From: Eledone cirrhosa
Taxonomy: Eukaryota
Assembly (NCBI GenBank): GCA_964016885.1
Contig: OZ024766.1
Coordinates: 19,592,001 to 19,656,000, forward strand
Length of the DNA stretch: 64,000 nt
Direction: 5' to 3'
The position numbers and the translations under genes were made by a program. Under the pieces are notes generated by a model, which saw nothing but the letters and a program-made list of their open reading frames with translations, had not been told where the DNA came from and ran no database searches. Positions 13,904 to 26,901 of the stretch are shown in pieces (the first letter of the stretch is position 1; the number at the start of each line of letters is the position of its first letter).

Positions 13904-15623
13904 GAAAGGAGGTGAGTTCAATTCTCAGACCGGGTGATGTGTTGTTTCCTTGAGCAAGACACTTTATTTCACATTGCTCAAGTTTATTCAGCTGTAGAAA
14001 TGAGATGATATGGACTGGGGTCCCTATCATTCCACTGCAAAGTGGTCGTGGAGGTGCCACGGCAAAAAAGCACCCACCACTCACTGTAAAGTGGTCGTGG
14101 AGGTGCCACAGCAAAAAAGCACCCAGCACTCACTGTAAAGTGGTCGTGGAGGTGCCACGGAAAAAAAGCACCCATCCCTCACTGTAAAGTGGTCGTGGAG
14201 GTGCTACGGCAAAAAAGCACCCAGCCCTCACTGTAAAGTGGTCGTGGAGGGGCCACGGGAAAAAAGCACCCAGCACTCACTGTAAAGTGGTTGTGGAGGT
14301 GCCACGGCAAAAAAAGCACCCAGCACTGTAAAGTGGTCGTGGAGGGGCCACGGCAAAAAAAGCACCCAGCACTCACTGTAAAGTGGTCGTGGAGGGGCCA
14401 CGGCAAAAAAGCACCCAGCACTCACTGTAAAGTGGTTGTGGAGGTGCCACGGCAAAAAAGCACCCAGCACTCACTGTAAAGTGGTTGTGGAGGTGCCACG
14501 GCAAAAAAAGCACCCAGCACTCACTGTAAAGTGGTCGTGGAGGTGCCACGGCAAAAAAAAGCACCCAGTACTCACTGTAAAGTGGTCGTGGAGCTGCCAC
14601 GGCAAAAAAGCACCCAGCACTCACTGTAGAGTGGTCGTGGAGGTGCCACGGCAAAAAAGCACCCAGCACTCACTGTAAAGTGGTCGTGGAGGTGCCACGG
14701 CAAAAAAGCACCCAGCACTCACTGTAAAGTGGTCGTGGAGGTGCCACGGCAAAAAAGCACCCAGCACTCACTGTAAAGTGGTCGTGGAGGTGCCACGGCA
14801 AAAAAGCACCCAGCACTCACTGTAAAGTGGTTGTGGAGGTGCCACGGCAAAAAAGCACCCAGCACTCACTGTAAAGTGGTCGTGGAGGTGCCACAGCAAA
14901 AAAGCACCCAGCACTCACTGTAAAGTGGTTGTGGAGGTGCCACGGCAAAAAAGCACCCAGCACTCACTGTAAAGTGGTCGTGGAGGTGCCACGGCAAAAA
15001 TGCACCCAGCACTCACTGTAAAGTGGTCGTGGAGGTGCCAAGGCAAAAAAGCACCCAGCACTCACTGTAAAGTGGTCGTGGAGGTCCCAAGGCAAAAAAG
15101 CACCCAGCACTCACTGTAAAGTGGTCGTGGAGGTGCCACGGCAAAAAAGCACCCAGCACTCACTGTAAAGTGGTCGTGGAGGTGCCACGGCAAAAAAGCA
15201 CCCAGCCCTCACTGTAAAGTGGTCGTGGAGGTGCCACGGCAAAAAAGCACCCAGCACTCACTGTAAAGTGGTCGTGGAGGTGCCACGGCAAAAAAGCACC
15301 CAGCACTCACTGTAAAGTGGTCGTGGAGGTGCCACGGCAAAAAAGCACCCAGCACTCACTGTAAAGTGGTCGTGGAGGGGCCACGGAAAAAAAGCACCCA
15401 GCACTCACTGTAAAGTGGTCGTGGAGGTGCCACGGCAAAAAAGCACCCAGCCCTCACTGTAAAGTGGTCGTGGAGGGGCCACGGAAAAAAAGCACCCAGC
15501 ACTCACTGTAAATGAGGTTGGTGTTAGGAAGGGCATCCAGCTGTAGAAATCAAGCCAGAATCAGTTCCCATCCCACCCTTGCAAGCAGGGAAAAAGCGGA
15601 CGTAAAATGATGATGATGATGAT
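13904..15623 (+). mobile_element. Same SINE insertion, 49-bp VNTR expanded to about 30 copies
   Basis: (CACTCACTGTAAAGTGGTCGTGGAGGTGCCACGGCAAAAAAGCACCCAG)n at 14033-15510. Confidence 0.88.
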
Positions 15624-15792
15624 ATATACACCAGGTCCATAAAAGATTTAGAGAAAGTGAATATCCCAAGAATTATTTTATTCCTAAATAACATTACAAA
15701 TTATACTTAGACGAAGAATGTGTAGTAGTAAATATATATATATATACACATAAATATGTGTATATATATATACACATATGTATATATATATA

Positions 15793-18011
15793 GAAGACGA
15801 TTTAGAGACGTATGACATAGATAATAACTGGAAGTTCTTACGTGACAACTTGCTGAAGGCTACTGATGAAACTTGTGGCTGGAGCAGAGCCCCAACCAGA
15901 CAGAGAGTGACCTGGTGGTGGAACAGCAGTGTAGATAAGGCTATTAGAGACAAAAGACTAGCATGGAAGGCTTGGAATAAGGGTGGGAGTAGGGAAGAAT
16001 ATACAGCCACTAAGAGAGAAGCTAGACGTCAGGTGTACTTAGCACGCAGGGAGGCAGAGAGTAGGAGGTTTGCCAATGTTCTGCGACGGGAAGATCAGAG
16101 GCGTGCGGTGTTCCACATTGCAAGGCAGTGTGTCAATGCAAATCAGGATGTTGTTGGTGATAAATGTGTCCGGGATGATGCCGGTGTACTTAGTGTCACG
16201 AATGACCAGAAAAAGGAGGCCTGGAAATGCCATTATGAGAGACTGATGAATGTGGAGAACGAATGGGAGAGAGAGAAATTACCCTTGGTAGATCCGACAG
16301 AGGGACCAGCTATTGAGATTGACGAATATAGGGTCCAAGAGGCGATTAGGGAAATAAAAAATGGTAAGGCGGCCGGACCATCGGGAATAGTTGCTGAGAT
16401 GCTGAAGGCATCAGGGGACGTAGGCACTAAACTGGTTGCACGCATAATCAATCAGGCTATATATGGTGGTGTCATACCCAAAGACTGGTGCAGCAGTATT
16501 CTCATAAATTGCTACAAAGGTAAAGGGGATGCTTTGGAGAGGAGCAATTATAGGGGTATAAAACTGATAGATCAGGTTATGAAAGTGGCAGAAAGGATTT
16601 TAGCACAACTAATTAGAGAAAGGGTCAAACTAGATGAGATGCAGTTTGGTTTTGTGCCTGGGAAGAGTACAACAGATGCCCTCTTCTTGGTGAGACAAAT
16701 GCAAGAGAGGTTCTTAGAGAAGAATAAGCCACTATACTTGGCCTTTGTTGACCTAGAGAAGGCCTTTGATAGGGTACCCCGATCTGTCATCTGGTGGTCC
16801 CTAAGGAAGCTGGGTGTTGAGGAATGGCTTGTAAGGACAGTGCAAACTTTGTACAGAGGTACTCTCAGTAAAGTCAGGGTAGGAATGGAGTTTAGTGAGG
16901 AATTCCAGATACAAGTAGGAGTACTTCAGGGTTCGGTCCTCAGCCCGCTCTTGTTCATTATAGTCCTCCAAGCCATAACAGAGGAGTTTAAGACTGGCTG
17001 TCCATGGGAACTTCTCTATGCTGACGATCTGGCTCTTATGGCAGAATCAGTAGAGGAGCTAGAGAATAAATTCCGGCTATGGAAACAGCAGTTGGAAGCA
17101 AGAGGACTGAGAGTAAATCTAGCTAAGACAAAAGTGTTGATGAGTAGAAAAGAGGACAAAACCCTGATTCCGTCAGGGAAATGGCCATGTTCGATATGCA
17201 GAAAAGGAACTGGCATAAATTCTATAAAATGCACACAATGTAGGTCCTGGGTACACAAGAGATGTAGCGGGATAGCAGGCAAACTGACAGGTAGGGAGAA
17301 ATATGTATGCAGTAGATGTACAGGGAAATTAGACAGTAGAAGTCGCACTGATAGACACATTTTTCAAATGCGAGAGGGCGCTATAGAAGTGGTGGATAGC
17401 TTCCGGTACCTAGGAGATCAGATTAGCATGGGAGGAGGGTGTTCCGAGGCCATAGTATCTAGAATAAGGACGGGTTGGAAGAAGTTTAGGGAGCTGCTTC
17501 CTCTGTTGACGAAGAAGGGTTTCTCCCTGCGTACGAAAGGCCGGTTGTATGATGCCTGTGTGAGGAGCGCGATGCTGCATGGTAGTGAGACATGGGCAGC
17601 TACCGCAGAAGATATGCGACGGCTGGAGAGAAATGAGGCAAGCATGCTCCGTTGGATGTGCAGTGTAAATGTGCGTGAACGACCCAGCATAAATGTGTTG
17701 AGAGAGAAACTGTGTCTGAGAGGGATAGAATGTAGTGTACGGGAGAGGAGACTGAGGTGGTATGGACATGTGATGCGCATGGAGGATGACCGATGGGTGA
17801 AGAAGTGCCAGGAAATGCCAGTTGAAGGAAGACGTAGTAGAGGTAGACCACGAAAAACATGGGCAGAGGTGGTGAGAACAGACCTCAGATCATTGAAGCT
17901 CACGGTGGAGATGACGAGGGACCGTGACGAGTGGAGAGATGCTGTGCTGAATAAGACCCGTCCCACCCTTGCAAGCAGGGAAAAGCGGACGTAAAATGAT
18001 GATGATGATGA
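15793..18011 (+). mobile_element. 5'-truncated RTE-clade LINE (family A); uninterrupted RT ORF to 17994, lacks APE endonuclease
   Basis: GPSGI, YKGKGD..NYRGIKL, QFGF, FVDLEKAFD, QGSVLSP, YADD, FRYLG, RLRWYGHVMR, GRPRKTW; (GAT)n tail; inserted in (TA)n and absent from units 1, 3, 4. The ORF-track start Met comes from the TA repeat. Confidence 0.95.
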
Positions 18012-19864
18012 TATATATAGAATTACCAATGAATACAGTGAAGAATTTAGTATAAAAGTTGGTGTTCATCAAGGCTCTGTCCTTAGCCCCCTCCTATTTA
18101 TTATTGCCCTTCAGGCTAAAACAGGAGTTTAAGACTGGCTGCCCATGGGAACTTCTATACACAGATGATCTAACAGCTGAACTAGATAAGAAATTCCAAA
18201 CATGGAAGCATGGCCTAGAATCAAAAGGCCTTAAAGTTAACTTGTCTAAGACTAAAGTTCTAGTATGTAGGAAGGAAAATAGGGCACAGGTGCCCTCTAG
18301 GAAATGGCCATGTTCAGTGTGTAGGAAAGGAGTAGGTAGAAATTCCATTTTATGTCCCAAATACAAACTATGGGTACATAACAGACGTACTGGGAACACA
18401 GGCCAGCTATCTAAGAACGTAGATTTTATATGTGGCTGATGCTCAGGTGCAATAAGTAGCAAGTTCCAGATGTCAGACCTTCAATGTATCCATACCCAGG
18501 GAGGCAAGGCATTCAGAGTATGGTAGATGCTTGATGGAGGGTATTCACTTGGTTGCACGTCTCTAAACAATTTCCAGATCAATGTTCTGAGCAAGATAGG
18601 GGTTCCAGACAGGTGATGCAATTTCTAAGTGTGGCCGCACCATAGCTATTTACAGCTTTAAATAGATAGATAAATGCATGGTCGTACACTTGTACACAGC
18701 CAGCTTGAGTTGCCAGTCCGTGGTCCATTGCTGCATTGTGTCCAGATCTATAGTGTTCAGGATCTGTCCTTTTTATCTCAAGGGACAGCTTGATGTCATC
18801 TGCATATTTCAGTACTGTGACATACTTTAAGTTGCCATCTATGTCATCAAAATATGTGTAATCGGAATTCTCCTATAAATGACCTGGCAAAGATTTGAAA
18901 CCGAATCTAAAAGTTCTCGCATCTGGGACCACCTATCGTTGCGAGTTTCCCACCATTGTCCTGTCAAGAGACAACAATGATGAACATACATGCCACTTGA
19001 CCTGTGACCCCAGCTTCAAGATAGCTGAAACTCACATGGCTACTCATAAATCAACCCCGTATACACATCCTTCTAGCTATAGGGTTATTATAAATACAAG
19101 TACAAAGGGAATCCAACAGCCAGACCACGAAGCAGTAGTCCTTAAGAGAAAAATGATGTGAAACATTCACATTCTACAGACCTCTTGGTGTCTACAGACT
19201 TCTACTGACCTTTTACTCGATCTCTCTCCTGGCCCTCACCTTCTCGGCCACAGACTACGCCACCAAACAAGAGAGACCGAAGCAGCAGTCCTTGAGAGGA
19301 ATAACAAATAGTAAGGATACACACACACTCAATAGGTTTCATTATACTGTTTACTACTGTGTTTTATCTATTCTTTTGTCTTCCTGTTAAATCACTTCTC
19401 GTGTATCGTTGTATTGATACATACATACACGCTAGCTCGAAGTAGCTAGTCAGCAAATTGATGTAGTGATAATTCCTGTCACAATTTTTATTACTTGATA
19501 TTCAATGTAGCAACAAGTGAATATTGTTATTGTAAAATAAACATTGTCAACATCACAATTCTGGCATTATTCTTTTTATCATTCATACACAAAAGAATAC
19601 ATTTATCCACTACATATGCAACAAACAAAAGGGGACACAAATTTCTACACACATACATTCACATATATATAGCGTATATAAATTCTGAACAATACAGATT
19701 TGTCAGCACAAGTCTTGGTTACAACTTCTACAAATAAAATGAAAGGAGAAGAACTTCTTAGTAAAACAGTTTTATTGAAAATATTAACATTGGTGGCACT
19801 ATTTTGGGTGAGTGATATGGTTTTTATCTTGTCTGATTGTGTTGCATTAAGTAATCTTTACAAG

Positions 19865-20240
19865 AGAATGATTTACCACAGACATCACAGTGATATAGTT
19901 CCTCTCCTGTATATGTTAGTGTCTAGTGAAGCCCCAACATTTAGACAATGATTTACTGCAGACATCACAGTGATATAGTTCCTCTCCTGTAAATGTTAGT
20001 GTCTAGGGAAGCCACAATATTTAGACAATGATTTACCACAGACATCACAGTGATATAGTTCCTCTCCTGTATATGTTAGTGTCTAGTGAAGCCCCAACAT
20101 TTAGAGAATGATTTCCCACAGACATCACAGTGATATGGTTCCTCTCCTGTAAATGTTAGTGTCTAGTGAAGCCACAACATTTAGAGAATGATTTACCACA
20201 GACATCACAGTGATATAGTTCCTCTCCTGTAAATGTTAGT
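19865..20240 (-). repeat. 80-bp finger-derived tandem repeat, 5 copies
   Basis: Units start at 19868, 19948, 20028, 20108 and 20188. Confidence 0.85.
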
Positions 20241-20512
20241 GCCGAATGAAGTGAGTTATTTCAGAGAATGATTTCCCACAGATATCAGTGATATGGTTTC
20301 TCTGCTGTATGTATATCTTTGTGTCTAGTTGAACAAGCTATCATGGATAACAATTTACCACAAATATTATAGTGATATGGCTTTTCTCCAGTATATATAT
20401 GTTTGTATAAAGTTAACGCAGCAATGAAAGAGAATAGCACAGTGGCATGGCTTCTCATATGAATGTATTTGTGTTTAATTCACCATTTTCAGACAATGAG
20501 ATATTTTTTTGG

Positions 20513-22042
20513 TTATGGGTTCTCAGCCATATGGGTATATTTGTGTCTAGTTAAACTACTTGATACAGAGAATGGTTTACCACAGATATCGCAGTTGTAT
20601 GGCTTGTCTCCTGTATGGGTACGTAAGTGTTTAGTTAAGCTACTACTATCAGAGAATGATTTACCACAGATATCACAGTGGTATGGCTTGTCTCCTGTAT
20701 GGGTATATTTGTGTCTAGTTAAACTACTTGATTCAGAGAACGATTTACCACAGATATCACAGTGGTATGGCTTGTGTCCTGTATGGGTATATTTGTGTCT
20801 AGTTAAACTACTTGATTCAGAGAACGATTTACCACAGATTTCACAGTGATATGGCTTGTCTCCTGTATGGGTACGTAAGTGTTTAGTTAAGGTACTACTA
20901 TCAGAGAACGATTTACCACAGATATCACAGTGATATGGCTTGTCTCCTGTATGGGTAAATTTGTGTCTAGTTAAGTGACTACTATCACAGAATGATTTAC
21001 CACAGATATCACAGTGGTATGACTTGTCTCCTGTATGGGTAAGTTTGTGTCTAGTTAAGTGACTACTATTAGAGAATGATTTACCACAGATATCACAGTG
21101 GTATGGCTTGTCTCCTGTATGTATACGATGGTGTCTAGTTAAGTTACTACTTATATAGAATGATTTACCACAGATATCACAGTGGTATGGCTTGTCTCCA
21201 GTATGGGTACGTTCGTGTTTAGTTAAGGTACCACCTTCAGAGAATGATTTACCACAGATATCACAGTGGTATGGCTTGTCTCCTGTATGGGTACGTTTGT
21301 GTGTAGTTAAACTACCACCTTCAGAGAATGATTTACCACAGATATCACAGTGGTATGGCTTGTCTCCTGTATGTGTACGTACGTGGCCAGTCAAGTGACT
21401 ACTTCGAGAGAATGATTTACCACAGATGTTGCAGTGGTATGGCTTGTCTCCTGTATGTATACGTTTGTGGCTAGTTAAGGTTCCACTATCAGAGAATGAT
21501 TTACCACAGATATCACAGTGGTATGGCTTGTCTCCTGTATGTATACGTTTGTGGCTAGTTAAGGTACCACTATCAAAGAATGATTTACCACAGATATCAC
21601 AGTGGTATGGCTTGTCTCCTGTATGTATACGTTTGTGTCTAGTTAAGGTAGCACTTTCAGAGAATGATTTACCACAGATATCACAATGATATGGATTGTC
21701 TCCTGTATGTGTATGTTTGTGTCTAGTTAAGTCACTACTTTGAGAGAATGATTTACCACAGGTAACACAGTGGTATGGCTTGTCACCTGTATGTGTACGT
21801 TTGTGTCTAGTTAAGTGACTACTTTGAGAGAATGATTTACCACAGATTTCGCAGTGGTATGGCTTGTCTCCTGTATGTGTACGTTTGTGTGGAATTAACT
21901 GACCATTTCGAGAGAATGATTTACCACAGACATCACAGTGATATGGTTTCTCTCCTCTAGACTTTGGCATCTCTTCTGGAATAGCCATATCTCTAGACAA
22001 TGTTTCACATTTAATCTTCCTCTCACTCAATTTAGTTTCCAT
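20513..22042 (-). CDS. Poly-C2H2 zinc-finger protein, 17 fingers (ZNF copy 3)
   Basis: 509-aa ORF = 33-aa leader + 17 x 28 aa. Confidence 0.93.
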   Translation of the reverse strand: METKLSERKIKCETLSRDMAIPEEMPKSRGEKPYHCDVCGKSFSRNGQLIPHKRTHTGDKPYHCEICGKSFSQSSHLTRHKRTHTGDKPYHCVTCGKSFSQSSDLTRHKHTHTGDNPYHCDICGKSFSESATLTRHKRIHTGDKPYHCDICGKSFFDSGTLTSHKRIHTGDKPYHCDICGKSFSDSGTLTSHKRIHTGDKPYHCNICGKSFSRSSHLTGHVRTHTGDKPYHCDICGKSFSEGGSLTTHKRTHTGDKPYHCDICGKSFSEGGTLTKHERTHTGDKPYHCDICGKSFYISSNLTRHHRIHTGDKPYHCDICGKSFSNSSHLTRHKLTHTGDKSYHCDICGKSFCDSSHLTRHKFTHTGDKPYHCDICGKSFSDSSTLTKHLRTHTGDKPYHCEICGKSFSESSSLTRHKYTHTGHKPYHCDICGKSFSESSSLTRHKYTHTGDKPYHCDICGKSFSDSSSLTKHLRTHTGDKPYNCDICGKPFSVSSSLTRHKYTHMAENP

Positions 22043-23292
22043 GTTTCTTCTTCCCTTGGCAGAATTTACAGATGTTATTCTTGTCTTATTTTATATATTA
22101 TATTCCTGAAGATATTTCTTCTGCTATATTTCCGGCAACGGTGATCTCAGTCAAGATCTGAAGATGATGCAAACTTCTTTCTGATCCAAGTTTAGTTAAG
22201 ATTCAAAATCATCTTGTAAATATTTCAGATGCTGATGAAACAATACTTTTCCAAGACACACAGTTCTGAGGAAATATCTCACAGTAATTCTGCCATAGAT
22301 TTATATAAACAGTGTTATATGAGTTCCTTATCAAAAGCTTTAGTCTTGAAATGATGATAAATAGAGGGGATGTATTCAAGATTAAAAAATTATTTTATCC
22401 CAATGTCATCTGATATTCTGAAATAAGAAAGAAACAGTATGAGATAATAGAGAATACTTTAGAAACAGAGATAGATTTAACATTGGAAATTTTATATTTC
22501 TATATTGATAAACTGTAGATATCAACTTTCCTGTCCAGAGTTATTCTCTCCAATGTAAGCAGTGGTATTCAACGATGCTCTATAAACTATATCCTTCTAA
22601 CTCTTGGGAGGTCTGCTCTATAGCCTTTACCCAAGAACTTCATTCTTATATGACATTCTAACATGGTAATTGTCTGAGACCTGAGATGTGTAACTTGACA
22701 GTTCCTTGGGTAACAGTTCTTTCTACCTGGAAGGGGAAAAGTGCTGTGTAATTGCTTGATAACAGTCAAAGGATTCTCACACATGGCTACCCTAGGCACC
22801 CCAATAACATGACTTGTGTTAGGCTTGTAGACACAATTAGTAGGAATTTATATTCGTAGGGATTACATAATTTTAGCACTATTTTTTATCTTTTCTGTTT
22901 GGATGCCTTTCCTCTCGTCAACCACTTTACAGCAAGGACTGGGTGTATTGTTTGTGGCAGTAGAGAGGTTATTTTAATGGTCTTAAGAGCTCATATATAT
23001 ACATATATATACATATGTATAAATATTTATATATCTATACATATATATATACATATATATATATATACATATAAATTTCACCAGATAGAAAACCAGAATT
23101 AGTCATTTAGTTTACATAATGAGACCACAACCCATCCTATTTATTTAAAATGGGTGGGGTGAATTAAGAGTGGGGTGGTGGTGTAAATAATCTGAAAATT
23201 AAATGAGTGAGGGTGGGGGAAAATTATTTGAGATCTAAGCAAGGGTGGGGAACGATTATCTGAGACCAAAGTAAGGGAGGGGACAATTATTT

Positions 23293-24333
23293 GAGTTACA
23301 CACATATCTACTGAGTTACACACACATCTACTGAGTTACACACACATCTACTGAGTTACACACACATCTACTGAGTTATACACACATCTACTGAGTTACA
23401 TACACATTTACTGAGTTACATACACATCTACTGAGTTGCACACACATCTACTGAGTTATATACACATCTACTGAGTTACATACACATCTACTGAGTTACA
23501 CACATCTACTGAGTAAATACACATATCTACTGAGTTACATACACATCTACTGAATTACACACACATCTACTGAATTACACACATATCTACTGAGTTATAC
23601 ACACATCTACTGAGTTATACACACATCTACTGAGGTACACACACATCTACTGAGTTACACACACATCTCCTGAGCTACACACATATCTACGGAGTTACAC
23701 ACACATCTACAGAGTTATACACACATCTACTGAGTTACACACATCTACCGAGTCACATACATCTACTGAGTTACACACACATCTACTGAGTTATACACAC
23801 GTCTACTGAGTTATACACACATCTGAGTTACGCACACATCTGAGTTACACACACATCTACTGAGTTACACACACGTCTACTGAGTTATACACACGTCTAC
23901 TGAGTTACACACACATCTACTGAGTTACGCACACATCTGAGTTACACACACATCTACTGAGTTACACACATCTACTGAGCTACACACACATCTACTGAGT
24001 TACACACACATCTACTGAGTTACATACATCTACTGAGTTACACACACATCTACTGAGTTACACACACACCTGCTGAGTTACACGCACACCTACTGAGTTA
24101 CATACATCTACTGAGTTACACACACATCAACTGAGTTGCATACACATTTACTGAGTTACACACACATCTACTGAGTTACACACACATCTACTGAGTTACA
24201 CACACATCTACTGAGTTACACACACATCTACTGAGTTATACACACATCTACTGAGTTACATACACATCTACTGAGTTACACACACATCTACTGAGTTACA
24301 CACACATCTACAGAGTTATACACACATCTACTC
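23293..24333. repeat. 20-bp minisatellite, about 52 copies
   Basis: Direct periodicity. Confidence 0.95.
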
Positions 24334-25105
24334 ATATATATTTATAAATAGACACATTATACAAAATAATTATTATATACACTCACATCTATGAATGATT
24401 GAGGAAGAGCTGGTGAAACACTATAGCAATATGTGTGTTTCACCCCTTTTGGTTTAACCGGCTACATAGCCTATCCGTATTCTTATATCAGATGTGTAGG
24501 TGTATTATCTTATCTAGTATGTATAATGTATGTATGTATATATACACACATTTACATGAATACTTATATATATACATATACACATATATATATACTTTAT
24601 ATATATATATACCTTATATATATATATACCTTATATATATATATACTTTATATATATATATATACTTTATATATATATATATATACTTTATATATATATA
24701 TATATACTTTATATATATATATTTATATATACTTTATATATATATATATATATATATATACTTTATATATATAAAGTATATATAAATATTTAGACAGAAA
24801 ATACGGGAAAAATTAGTCAGAAATATTTTAAATATAAAACGGAATAAATTAATGAAAGAAACGTAAAACAGATAAAAATTGTTGAAATACCTTGAAAATA
24901 TAAAATATAGAAGAAAGAGACAGGAATTGATTGAGTTTGAAGTAAATTAATGAATGAACGAAAGTAGGTGGGGCAGGAACAGGAAATAAAGACAGTAGAG
25001 TCTCGCAGTGAATGGTAAGGTTTAGAGTAAGAATTATTTTATTCCTGGTTGTATAAATAACATTACAAATATCAAATAGATAAAAAAATATATACGTACA
25101 CACAC

Positions 25106-25177
<72 letters not shown>

Positions 25178-25179
25178 TT

Positions 25180-26658
25180 GAAAGGTTGTGAGTTCAATTC
25201 TCAGACCGGGTGATGTGTTGTTTCCTTGAGCAAGACACTTTATTTCACATTGCTCAAGTTTATTCAGCTGTAGAAATGAGATGATATGGACTGGGGTCCC
25301 TATCATTCCACTGCAAAGTGGTCGTGGAGGTGCCACGGCAAAAAAGCACCCAGCACTCACTGTAAAGTGGTCGTGGAGGTGCCACAGCAAAAAAGCACCC
25401 AGCACTCACTGTAAAGTGGTCGTGGAGGTGCCACGGAAAAAAAGCACCCATCCCTCACTGTAAAGTGGTCGTGGAGGTGCTACGGCAAAAAAGCACCCAG
25501 CACTCACTGTAAAGTGGTTGTGGAGGTGCCATGGCAAAAAAAGCACCCAGCACTGTAAAGTGGTCGTGGAGGGGCCACGGCAAAAAAAGCACCCAGCACT
25601 CACTGTAAAGTGGTCGTGGAGGGGCCACGGCAAAAAAGCACCCAGCACTCACTGTAAAGTGGTTGTGGAGGTGCCACGGCAAAAAAGCACCCAGCACTCA
25701 CTGTAAAGTGGTTGTGGAGGTGCCACGGCAAAAAAGCACCCAGCACTCACTGTAAAGTGGTCATGGAGGTGCCACGGCAAAAAAGCACCCAGCACTCACT
25801 GTAAAGTGGTCGTGGAGGTGCCACTGCAAAAAAGCACCCAGCACTCACTGTAAAGTGGTCGTGGAGGTGCCATGGCAATAAAGCACCCAGCACTCACTGT
25901 AAAGTGGTCGTGGAGGTGCCACGGCAAAAAAAGCACCCAGCACTCACTGTAAAGTGGTCGTGGAGGTGCCACGGCAAAAAAAGCACCCAGTACTCACTGT
26001 AAAGTGGTCGTGGAGGTGCCACAGCAAAAAAGCACCCAGCACTCACTGTAAAGTGGTTGTGGAGGTGCCACGGCAAAAAAGCACCGAGCACTCACTGTAA
26101 AGTGGTCGTGGAGGTGCCACGGCAAAAATGCACCCAGCACTCACTGTAAAGTGGTCGTGGAGGTGCCAAGGCAAAAAAGCACCCAGCACTCAATGTAAAG
26201 TGGTCGTGGAGGTCCCAAGGCAAAAAAGCACCCAGCACTCACTGTAAAGTGGTCGTGGAGGTGCCACGGCAAAAAAGCACCCAGCACTCACTGTAAAGTG
26301 GTCGTGGAGGTGCCACGGCAAAAAAGCACCCAGCCCTCACTGTAAAGTGGTCGTGGAGGTGCCACGGCAAAAAAGCACCCAGCCCTCACTGTAAAGTGGT
26401 CGTGGAGGTGCCACAGCAAAAAAGCACCCAGCACTCACTGTAAAGTGGTCGTGGAGGTGCCACGGCAAAAAAGCACCCAGCCCTCACTGTAAAGTGGTCG
26501 TGGAGGGGCCACGGCAAAAAAGCACCCAGCATTCACTGTAAATGAGGTTGGTGTTAGGAAGGGCATCCAGCTGTAGAAATCAAGCCAGAATCAGTTCCCA
26601 TCCCACCCTTGCAAGCAGGGGAAAGCGGACGTAAAATGATGATGATGATGATGATGAT
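25180..26658 (+). mobile_element. Same SINE insertion, 49-bp VNTR of about 25 copies
   Basis: As above, at 25309-26540. Confidence 0.88.
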
Positions 26659-26862
26659 ATATACACCAGGTCCATAAAAGATTTAGAGAAAGTGAATATC
26701 TCAAGAATTATTTTATTCCTAAATAACATTACAAATAATACTTAGACGAAGAATGTGTAGTAGTAAATATATATATATATACACATAAATATGTGTATAT
26801 ATATATACACATATGTATATATATATATATATACACATAAATATGTGTATATATATATACAC

Positions 26863-26901
<39 letters not shown>

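Larger units (their letters stand above)
7085..19083. repeat. Segmental tandem duplication unit 2 (~12.0 kb)
   Basis: Collinear with unit 1; longer through extra fingers, VNTR expansions and an RTE insertion. Confidence 0.92.

Noticed and set aside
14033-15510. The 49-bp (also 73-bp and 20-bp) arrays as CRISPR-like repeats
   Set aside because: They are head-to-tail units with no unique spacers, there are no cas genes, and the context is eukaryotic; the 49-mer derives from an RTE 3'UTR.
15778-17994. 738-aa RT ORF as an autonomous LINE or domesticated gene
   Set aside because: It has no APE endonuclease, its start codon comes from the TA repeat, and it is a private insertion in one unit; it is a 5'-truncated copy.
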